Shown one piece after another: positions 17,350-24,554 of a stretch of 64,000 bases of DNA. Origin of the DNA: Oscillospiraceae bacterium. GTDB lineage: Bacteria; Bacillota; Clostridia; Oscillospirales; Acutalibacteraceae. The stretch is taken from assembly GCA_902769255.1 (NCBI GenBank), contig CACXOM010000004.1, forward strand, positions 5,100 through 69,099, given 5' to 3'. Below the pieces are notes generated by a model, which searched no databases, had not been told where the DNA came from, and worked only from the letters and a program-made list of their open reading frames with translations. How positions within the stretch are numbered: position 1 is the first letter of the stretch; every line of letters starts with the position of its first letter. The translations under genes and the position numbers were made by a program.

Positions 17350-18699
17350 TTGAAAATTCGCGGAATTGCTAACGGAATGGTAATGCAAAGAGATAAAAAC
17401 AATCTTTGCGATATTTATTTTTATGCTGATGAACCTGTTGAAAAAATCGAAGTTGACGATAAATTCAGTTTTGTAAAATTTGAAAAAGAAAATGAAAAAT
17501 ATCATTTAAGCGGTATTCGCACCGGCGGACCTTACACGCTTAAAATTAACAATGAAATTTTTAATGATATTTATGTCGGCGATTTATGGATTTTGGCAGG
17601 GCAGTCGAACAATCAGGGTGTCGGCAGATTGGTTGATATTCCTTATAATTCAAACGATAAAATCCGTGCTTTTTATATGGACAGCTGTTGGAGTGTAGCA
17701 AATCACCCGCTTAATAAAATGGGCGAATCTTTTTATAAAGTGCATACCGAAGTTTTGGGCGCTACACCTTCTAATTTTAACATTAAAGGCGTAGGACCGG
17801 GGCTTTCTTTTGCGCAAAAAATGTTTTCTTTAACAGGCGCACCGCAAGGGGTTATTCCCTGCTCGCACGGCGGTACAAATTTATTTGACCAATGGGACCC
17901 GAAAAAATTATCGCTCGGACCTAATAAAAGCCTTTACGGCGCAACTTATGCGAGATTTTTAGACAACGGCTCAAATTGCAAAGGCGTTTTTTGGTATCAG
18001 GGTTGCTCTGATGCTCACGAGCAATGCTATCTTGATTATACCGAAAATATGATTGAACTTGTTAAAGCGTTTCGTCGCGATTTTAAAGAAAATTTGCCTT
18101 TTGTTCAGGTGCAAATTTCCCGTTGCAGTTGGGACCACAACGAGCATATGGGCGATATTATGTGGACTTCAATTCGTGAGCAACAGCGAAAATTAAATTT
18201 AAAAATTGAAAATTTTGATACTGTTAATACCGTGGCTTACAGGCTGGCAGACTGTATTCATTTGGCTTCCACTTCGCAAGAGGTTGTAGGGCAAGATGCG
18301 GCAGAAGCTATGTTTTGCTTAATATACGGCAAATTATACAACTGCAAACCCGGCATTAAACTTGACACAATTGAAGTTTTTAGCGATGATTATGACGAGA
18401 ATATGTCAAGCGTTGTTTTGACTTATAAAAATGTTCACGGCAAGTTGCAAGACTTTGGCAGAGCAATGGGATTTAACCGTTCTTGGAACAGTGAATATAT
18501 TGAAAATTGCGGTATTTTTGATACTTTTGTTGACGGCAATCAAGTAACTATTCGTTGCGATTACCCGAAAGAAAAAATAATCGGTCAATACCTTTGGTAC
18601 GGTGCCGGCAGAGATAATGCAGCGAATATTACCGATGAAAAAGGGCGCTCTCTTCCTGCTTTCGGCCCTATTGAAATTAAAGAAGGAAAAGTTGATTAG
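17350..18699 (+). CDS. SASA-family (sialate O-acetylesterase-like, SGNH-type) carbohydrate esterase
   Basis: GDLWILAGQSNNQG nucleophile motif, CSHGGT, WYQGCSD and the DCIH catalytic D..H. I place the start at TTG 17350 (behind AGAGGGTGA) because the track ATG at 17326 lies inside the -10 hexamer. Confidence 0.65.
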   Translation: MKIRGIANGMVMQRDKNNLCDIYFYADEPVEKIEVDDKFSFVKFEKENEKYHLSGIRTGGPYTLKINNEIFNDIYVGDLWILAGQSNNQGVGRLVDIPYNSNDKIRAFYMDSCWSVANHPLNKMGESFYKVHTEVLGATPSNFNIKGVGPGLSFAQKMFSLTGAPQGVIPCSHGGTNLFDQWDPKKLSLGPNKSLYGATYARFLDNGSNCKGVFWYQGCSDAHEQCYLDYTENMIELVKAFRRDFKENLPFVQVQISRCSWDHNEHMGDIMWTSIREQQRKLNLKIENFDTVNTVAYRLADCIHLASTSQEVVGQDAAEAMFCLIYGKLYNCKPGIKLDTIEVFSDDYDENMSSVVLTYKNVHGKLQDFGRAMGFNRSWNSEYIENCGIFDTFVDGNQVTIRCDYPKEKIIGQYLWYGAGRDNAANITDEKGRSLPAFGPIEIKEGKVD

Positions 18700-18747
18700 A
18701 ATTAGAATAATTTGAAATAATAACTTAATAAAAAGGGCGGTGTTTTA

Positions 18748-19701
18748 ATGAATACTGATAAAAGAAAAGTCGTATTAGTCGGAACAGGTATGGTAGGTAT
18801 GAGTTTCGCTTATGCGTTGGTAAACCAAGGCGGAATTTGCAATGAACTTGTGCTGATTGATGTAAACCACGAGCGAGCAGTAGGCGAGGCGATGGACTTA
18901 AACCACGGGCTTGCTTTTGCAAAATCAAATATGAGAATTTACGCAGGCGATTATACCGATTGCAAAGATGCTGATATTGTTGTAATTGCCGCAGGTGTTG
19001 CGCAAAAACAGGGTGAGACCAGACTTGACCTTTTGCAAAGAAATACCGAAGTTTTCCGCTCGATTATTACCCCTGTTGTAAAATCGGGATTTGACGGAAT
19101 TTTTTTGGTAGCAACTAATCCTGTTGATATTATGACAAGGGTTACTTATGAACTTTCACGCTTTGGCGCAGCGAGAGTTATAGGCACGGGAACTTCGCTT
19201 GATACCGCAAGACTTCGCTATTTATTGGGCGATTATTTCACCGTTGACCCGAAAAATATTCACGCTTATGTTATAGGTGAACACGGCGACAGCGAGTTTG
19301 TTCCTTTTTCGCAGGTTATGCTTGCAACAAAGCATATTTCGGAAATTTTAGACGATGAGCGCAATAGTTTTTGCATTGACGGAATGAATGAAATTGAAGA
19401 GCAGGTAAGAACTTCAGCTTATAAAATTATTGATGCAAAAAGAGCCACTTATTACGGAATAGGTATGGCGATAACCAGAATTGTTAAAGCGATTTTGGGT
19501 GATGAAAACAGCGTTTTGACTGTTTCGGCAAAACTTTCGGGCGAATACGGCGCAAAAGATGTGTTTATAGGCGTACCTTGCATTATCGGGCGAAACGGTG
19601 TTAAAGAGGTGCTTGAACTTTCGTTGACTGATGATGAAAAAGAAAAATTTACCAACTCAAAAAATGTTTTAAACGACAGTTTTGAGGGCTTAAAATTGTA
19701 A
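18748..19701 (+). CDS. ldh: L-lactate dehydrogenase
   Basis: VVLVGTGMVGMSFAY, IGEHGDSEF and TSLDTARLR motifs. Length 317 aa. Confidence 0.9.
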   Translation: MNTDKRKVVLVGTGMVGMSFAYALVNQGGICNELVLIDVNHERAVGEAMDLNHGLAFAKSNMRIYAGDYTDCKDADIVVIAAGVAQKQGETRLDLLQRNTEVFRSIITPVVKSGFDGIFLVATNPVDIMTRVTYELSRFGAARVIGTGTSLDTARLRYLLGDYFTVDPKNIHAYVIGEHGDSEFVPFSQVMLATKHISEILDDERNSFCIDGMNEIEEQVRTSAYKIIDAKRATYYGIGMAITRIVKAILGDENSVLTVSAKLSGEYGAKDVFIGVPCIIGRNGVKEVLELSLTDDEKEKFTNSKNVLNDSFEGLKL

Positions 19702-19715
19702 TAGAAGTTGACATA

Positions 19716-19748
19716 AAACAAGCAGTTTTTGAAACTGCTTGTTTTTTA
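19716..19748 (+). terminator. intrinsic terminator after ldh
   Basis: aaacaagcagttt-ttg-aaactgcttgttt followed by a T-run. Confidence 0.8.
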
Positions 19749-19822
19749 ATGCAAAATTTTTAAAAAATTGTCAAAAATTAAACGAAAATCTAAATTTTAC
19801 AGTAGATTTTTTGTTTGTCTTA

Positions 19823-19831
19823 TGTTATAAT
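19823..19831 (+). promoter_or_regulatory. extended -10 element (TGtTATAAT), candidate promoter of the hydrogenase operon
   Basis: TG at 19823-19824 and TATAAT at 19826-19831. The -35 is weak (TAGATT). Lies about 75 nt upstream of the hydC start. Confidence 0.4.
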
Positions 19832-19906
19832 TATCGTAGCATTATGTGCAATTTTGTATATCATAATGAAAATTTAATAATTTTGAAAGTGAGGATTAAT
19901 TATCTT

Positions 19907-20401
19907 ATGAAAAAGCGTAAGGGTAATTTACCTTTTAGAGGCACACCCGAACAAGAAGCACAGTTAATGAAAGTAATTGAAAAACATAAGGGTCAAGACG
20001 GCGCTCTTATGCCTGTAATGCAGGAAGCACAGGAAATTTACGGTTACTTACCTGTTGAAGTTCAACAAATGATTGCTAAAGGCTTAGACGTTCCGGTTGA
20101 AAAAGTTTACGGCGTTGCAACTTTTTATTCTCAGTTTGCTTTGTCACCAAAAGGCGAGTATAAAATTTCTGTCTGTCTTGGTACTGCTTGCTATGTTAAA
20201 GGCGCACAAGATGTTCTTGACAGAATTACTCAAATTCTCGGAATCGGCGCTGATGAATGTACACCTGACGGTAAATTTTCAATTGAGGCTTGCCGTTGCA
20301 TAGGTGCTTGCGGTTTGGCACCGGTTATGACTGTAAACGATGAAGTTTACGGCAGACTTCAAAAAACCGATGTAGATGATATTCTTAAAAAATATATGTA
20401 A
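19907..20401 (+). CDS. hydC: NuoE-like [2Fe-2S] subunit of NADH-dependent (electron-bifurcating type) [FeFe]-hydrogenase (HydC)
   Basis: Thioredoxin-like 2Fe-2S motif set: ISVCLGTACYVKG...CRCIGACGLAPV. ATG at 19907 follows GTGAGGA. The upstream 56 codons of the track ORF have no coding character. Confidence 0.85.
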   Translation: MKKRKGNLPFRGTPEQEAQLMKVIEKHKGQDGALMPVMQEAQEIYGYLPVEVQQMIAKGLDVPVEKVYGVATFYSQFALSPKGEYKISVCLGTACYVKGAQDVLDRITQILGIGADECTPDGKFSIEACRCIGACGLAPVMTVNDEVYGRLQKTDVDDILKKYM

Positions 20402-20434
20402 TTTTTGATTACATTGTTTACTGGAGATATAGTA

Positions 20435-20794
20435 ATGAAGATTAGAGATATAAAAGAACTTTTAAACGCCGAAGTTTTGTGCTGTGATGAGGAACTTGAA
20501 AAAGAGGTTAACTCCGCTTGCGGTTCCGATATGATGAGCGATGTTTTGGCTTATGTAAAAGACCAAGCTGTTTTGCTTACAGGCCTTTTAAATCCACAGG
20601 TTATTCGCACAGCCGAAATGATGGATATGGTTTGCATTGTTTTTGTAAGAAGTAAAAAGCCTACCAAAGAGATGGTTGAACTCGCAAAACAACTTGATAT
20701 AGTTGTGCTTGCAACAAACCTTCGTATGTATGAGGCTTGCGGTCGTCTTTATTCAAAAGGACTCGGTACTTTAAAAGAAAACGGTGAAGCATAA
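20435..20794 (+). CDS. DRTGG-domain protein (small single-domain regulator)
   Basis: About 120 aa with SDMMSDVLAY...VLLTGLLNPQVIRTAEMMDM...VVLAT, which I recognise as the DRTGG-type fold seen next to hydrogenase genes. GGAG sits 8 nt before the ATG. Confidence 0.6.
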   Translation: MKIRDIKELLNAEVLCCDEELEKEVNSACGSDMMSDVLAYVKDQAVLLTGLLNPQVIRTAEMMDMVCIVFVRSKKPTKEMVELAKQLDIVVLATNLRMYEACGRLYSKGLGTLKENGEA

Positions 20795-21219
20795 TGAGCG
20801 AAGCAATTAATTTTCATTATGTGGTTGACGGTGATGATTTCACCTCGGCAGGTGAGGCAAGCGTTGACATTAAAAGAAAACTTCGTCAATTAGGCGTTGA
20901 CCCCGCTATTATTCGCAGAGTTTCAATTGCTATGTATGAAGGCGAGGTTAATATGGTAATCCACGCCGAAGGCGGTACGGTTGATGTTAATGTTTATGAA
21001 GATAAAATTGAAATGATTTTGTCTGACGAAGGCCCCGGCATTGCAAATGTTGAACTTGCTATGAAAGCAGGTTTTTCCACCGCTCCCGATTATGTTCGTT
21101 CACTCGGGTTTGGTGCCGGAATGGGTTTGCCGAATATGAAAAGTTATACCGACGGTATGGAGATTGATACAAAAATCGGTGTCGGTACCACAATCACAAT
21201 GGTAGTAAACCTTAAATAA
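20794..21219 (+). CDS. GHKL-type ATPase of anti-sigma-factor / serine-kinase size class (RsbW/SpoIIAB-like)
   Basis: 141 aa. Has EGEVNMVIHA (N-box-like), DEGPGI (G1) and GFGAGMGLPNM (G2). Its start overlaps the previous stop (TAATG). Confidence 0.65.
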   Translation: MSEAINFHYVVDGDDFTSAGEASVDIKRKLRQLGVDPAIIRRVSIAMYEGEVNMVIHAEGGTVDVNVYEDKIEMILSDEGPGIANVELAMKAGFSTAPDYVRSLGFGAGMGLPNMKSYTDGMEIDTKIGVGTTITMVVNLK

Positions 21220-21257
21220 AGTTTTATATCAAAAATCACAGTGAAGGTGCACAGTTT

Positions 21258-22541
21258 ATGAGTAATTTCATACACTCTGTTTCTCTGAATGTTTCAAAAT
21301 GCAAAGGATGTACCTCTTGTTTGCGTCGTTGCCCGACCGAAGCCATAAGAATTAAAGAAGGCCACGCCGTTATTGATTCTGAAAGATGTATTGATTGCGG
21401 TGAGTGCATAAGGGCTTGTCCGCATAAGGCTAAAAAAGCGGTTTGCAGTCCTTTTGAAAAAATCAATGAGTTTAAATATAAGATTGCTATGCCTGCGCCG
21501 ACTCTTTACGGTCAGTTTAATAATCTTGACGATATTGACTATTGCTTGCAAGGTCTTTTGGATATCGGGTTTGACGATGTTTACGAGGTTTCTTATGCCG
21601 CCGAATTTATTTCGGCATATACAAGGCTTTACCTTAAAAAAGAGGATATTAAAAAACCGATAATTTCATCTGCCTGTCCTGTTATAGTAAGGCTAATAAA
21701 TTTGAGGTATCCCTCTTTGTGCGACAATATTATGCCAATTATTCCGCCTATGGAACTTGCGGCAATATTTGCTCGCCAAAAGGCAAAAAAGAAACATCCC
21801 GAACTTAAAGATGAAGATATAGGTGTTTGTTTTATATCGCCTTGTCCGGGTAAATCTTCTTATGTTGTGAATGATGAACTCGGAAAAAAAGAAAATGTTG
21901 ATGTTGTACTTGCAATGAACGATATTTATTTTCGTTTGCTTGCGGTAATGAAAGGTGAAAAAACACCGAAGCCCCTTTCAAAATCAGGCTTGTTAGGTAT
22001 CGGCTGGGCGGTTTCGGGCGGCGAGTCTTCGGCGCTATTTAGCGATAAATATTTAGCTGCTGACGGACTTGAAAATGTTATTCAGGTTTTGGAAGAAATT
22101 GATAACGGCAAATTGCCGGAACTCGATTTTGTCGAACTAAACGCTTGCAACAGCGGTTGCGTAGGCGGTATTCTTACCGTTGAAAACCCCTATATTGCAA
22201 AAGCGAAAATGCAGTCGCTTCGAAAATATTTACCTGTTTCGGGCGCTCACCCTGATGATAAAATACCAAACGAAGCTTATTTTGAAAATGTAAATTGTTT
22301 TAAACCTATTCAACAGTTTTCTGACAATATGCAAGAGTCAATGAGGCTTATGAGCGAAATTCAAACAGTTTGCTCTAACTTACCCGAAATTGACTGCGGT
22401 TCCTGCGGAGCACCTACTTGTCTTGCTTTCGCAGAAGATGTAGTCTTAAAAGGGGCCGACATTAACAATTGCATTATCAATATGAAAGACTATCTTTTGC
22501 AAAAACTTGAAGAGAAAAAGGACGAGAGTTATGACAGTTAA
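21258..22541 (+). CDS. [FeFe]-hydrogenase-like protein with 2x[4Fe-4S] N-terminal domain, degenerate H-cluster motifs and extra C-terminal Cys motif (putative sensory type)
   Basis: CKGCTSCLRRCP and CIDCGECIRACP ferredoxin motifs. H-domain motifs SSACPV (canonical TSCCPxW), ISPCPGK (canonical MPCxxKxxE) and ELNACNSGCVGG (canonical ExMxCxxGCxxGGG). C-terminal CGSCGAPTC. Confidence 0.75.
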   Translation: MSNFIHSVSLNVSKCKGCTSCLRRCPTEAIRIKEGHAVIDSERCIDCGECIRACPHKAKKAVCSPFEKINEFKYKIAMPAPTLYGQFNNLDDIDYCLQGLLDIGFDDVYEVSYAAEFISAYTRLYLKKEDIKKPIISSACPVIVRLINLRYPSLCDNIMPIIPPMELAAIFARQKAKKKHPELKDEDIGVCFISPCPGKSSYVVNDELGKKENVDVVLAMNDIYFRLLAVMKGEKTPKPLSKSGLLGIGWAVSGGESSALFSDKYLAADGLENVIQVLEEIDNGKLPELDFVELNACNSGCVGGILTVENPYIAKAKMQSLRKYLPVSGAHPDDKIPNEAYFENVNCFKPIQQFSDNMQESMRLMSEIQTVCSNLPEIDCGSCGAPTCLAFAEDVVLKGADINNCIINMKDYLLQKLEEKKDESYDS

Positions 22542-22857
22542 AGAACTTCTTGAATTAGAAAAATTTGAGGCGGTTAATATTGCTGATGACTCCCGAAAAA
22601 TTATCGGCGGTTACTGCGGTGATTTGCTCAGTTGGGTAATGGGCAGAGCCGAAGAAAATAATGTTTTTGTTACCATTATGGTTAATGTTAATGTTATTGC
22701 GGTCGCATCGCTGATAAATGTTTCGTGTGTGGTTATATGTGAAAACGCTGAACTTTCAGACGAACTTATAACCGCTGCAAAGCAAAAAGGTATTAATTTA
22801 ATAAGAACACCGCTTGCCTCGTTTGAGGCTTGCGCTTACCTGTCAAATTTAATATAA
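22531..22857 (+). CDS. DRTGG-domain protein (second copy)
   Basis: About 108 aa with GDLLSWVMGRA...VFVTIMVNVNVIAVASL...INLIRT, the same layout as 20435-20794. Overlaps the preceding gene by 11 nt. Confidence 0.55.
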   Translation: MTVKELLELEKFEAVNIADDSRKIIGGYCGDLLSWVMGRAEENNVFVTIMVNVNVIAVASLINVSCVVICENAELSDELITAAKQKGINLIRTPLASFEACAYLSNLI

Positions 22858-23585
22858 TGCGTAAATATTATTATGATTTGCATATTCACTCGTGCTTGTC
22901 GCCCTGCGGTGACAACGATATGACGGTGAATAATATTGCAGGAATGGGAAAAATTGCAGGGTTTCAAATTATGGCGCTTACCGACCATAACTGTGTTAAA
23001 AATCTGCCTGCTTTCTTTAGCGCTTGCGAAAATTACGGCATTATTGCTATTGGCGGAATGGAACTTACCACCGCTGAAGATATTCATATGATTTGTCTTT
23101 TCGATTCGCTCAATAAAGCAATGCTTTTCGGCGAAGAGGTTGAAAAAAGATTAATTAAGGTGAAAAACAAACCCGAAATTTTCGGCGAGCAGTTAATTTT
23201 AGATAAGGATGATAATGTAATCGGCAACGAAGAATGTTTGCTTATTAACGCAACAGATTTATCGTTGCAAGAGGGTTATGATTTGTGCCAAAAATTTGGC
23301 GGTGTCGCTTATCCTGCTCATATTGACCGTGACTCAAACGGAATTATAGCGGTTTTGGGTGATTTTCCCGAAAGCCCCGAATTTTCCTGCGTTGAGTTTT
23401 ACGATTTTGAAAAAAAGTCGGAATACAGAAAAAGGTTTCCTATTCTTAATAATAAAATAATAATTCAAAGTTCAGATGCGCATTATCTTGATAAAATTCC
23501 TGATGCAAAAAATTATTTTGAGTTTGACGAGAATTTATCGCCAGATGAGGTAAGAAAAAGTGTTATTAGTTATTTAAAGGGTTAA
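22857..23585 (+). CDS. PHP-domain metal-dependent phosphoesterase
   Basis: YYDLHIHSCLSPCGD, ALTDHN and YPAHIDR are PHP His/Asp metal-ligand motifs. Start overlaps the previous stop (TAATG). Confidence 0.75.
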   Translation: MRKYYYDLHIHSCLSPCGDNDMTVNNIAGMGKIAGFQIMALTDHNCVKNLPAFFSACENYGIIAIGGMELTTAEDIHMICLFDSLNKAMLFGEEVEKRLIKVKNKPEIFGEQLILDKDDNVIGNEECLLINATDLSLQEGYDLCQKFGGVAYPAHIDRDSNGIIAVLGDFPESPEFSCVEFYDFEKKSEYRKRFPILNNKIIIQSSDAHYLDKIPDAKNYFEFDENLSPDEVRKSVISYLKG

Positions 23586-23589
23586 TATT

Positions 23590-24141
23590 ATGAAAGAGTT
23601 ATCGCTTAACATTCTTGATATTGCTGAAAATTCGCTTAAAGCGGGCGCAACAAAGGTTGAAATTCTTTTAACCGAAGAGAATAACACTTTAACAATTGAA
23701 ATTATTGATAACGGTTGCGGAATGAGCAAAAAAACGCTTGAAAATGTAATAAATCCTTTTTATACAACAAGAACAACCCGAAAAGTCGGGCTTGGTATTC
23801 CTTTTTTCAAAGAGGCTGCCGAGCAAACGGGGGGAAGTTTTGAAATTACTTCGGTAGAGAGTAGCGTTGATAGTAAAAAATGCGGAACAAAGGTAAAAAC
23901 TTTGTTTTATACCGACAGTATTGACTTTACGCCAATCGGTGATATTGTTTCGACAATAACCACTTTAATTCACGGCTCGCCTGATGTTGATTTTGTTTTT
24001 AAACACAAAAAAGAAAACGGCGAAGTCAGTCTTGATACAAGAGAGATTAAAGCGGTTTTGGGAGATGATATACCGTTGAACAGCATTGAGGTTATTGAGT
24101 TTATTAAAAACAGCCTTAACGCTGAATATAACAGTTTATAA
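23590..24141 (+). CDS. GHKL-type ATPase (histidine-kinase-like ATP-binding protein without sensor or DHp domain)
   Basis: NILDIAENSLKAGA (N box), IDNGCGM (G1), GLGIPFF (G2). 183 aa, no TM segment and no phospho-acceptor His domain. Confidence 0.7.
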   Translation: MKELSLNILDIAENSLKAGATKVEILLTEENNTLTIEIIDNGCGMSKKTLENVINPFYTTRTTRKVGLGIPFFKEAAEQTGGSFEITSVESSVDSKKCGTKVKTLFYTDSIDFTPIGDIVSTITTLIHGSPDVDFVFKHKKENGEVSLDTREIKAVLGDDIPLNSIEVIEFIKNSLNAEYNSL

Positions 24142-24172
24142 AAAATTACAAATAACGAAAGGACAGAAAATT

Positions 24173-24535
24173 ATGAAATCATTAGCAGAACTTGCGGCAA
24201 TAAGAGATAAAATGAAAAACTCGGTTGCTATGCGTGATGGAGCAAGCGGAATTCGCGTAGTAGTAGGAATGGCTACTTGCGGTATCGCAGCAGGCGCTCG
24301 TCCTGTTCTTAACACTCTTGTTGAAGAAGTCGCAAAAGAAAATCTTTCAGACAAAGTAACCGTAACTCAAACAGGTTGCATAGGCATTTGCCAATATGAA
24401 CCCGTTGTTGAAGTTTACGAAGAAGGCAAAGATAAAGTTACTTATGTTAAAATGGATGTTGACAAAGCAAAAGAAGTTGTTGAACAACATCTTAAAGGTG
24501 GCAAGGTTGTTGCCAAATATACAATAGGAAAATAA
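24173..24535 (+). CDS. thioredoxin-like [2Fe-2S] ferredoxin-domain protein (HydD-like)
   Basis: GMATCGIAAGA...TGCIGICQYEP motif. ATG at 24173 follows AAAGGA. Confidence 0.7.
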   Translation: MKSLAELAAIRDKMKNSVAMRDGASGIRVVVGMATCGIAAGARPVLNTLVEEVAKENLSDKVTVTQTGCIGICQYEPVVEVYEEGKDKVTYVKMDVDKAKEVVEQHLKGGKVVAKYTIGK

Positions 24536-24554
24536 TATTGGAGGAGAAATAATT

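Noticed and set aside
19768-19785. Possible Rex (redox repressor) box TTGTCAAAAATTAAACGA upstream of the hydrogenase operon.
   Set aside because: It matches only about 11 of 14 informative positions of the TTGTTAA-N4-TTAACAA type consensus and the right half-site is poor. In such an AT-rich spacer this could be chance. Not called without a genome-wide motif scan.
19739-19906. Long N-terminal extension of the hydC ORF and the 20405 / 22507 / 22830 / 24086 track starts.
   Set aside because: The extensions have no coding character, overlap terminators, promoters or the preceding gene, and lack an RBS. The internal ATGs at 19907, 20435, 22531, 22857 and 24173 each follow a Shine-Dalgarno motif.
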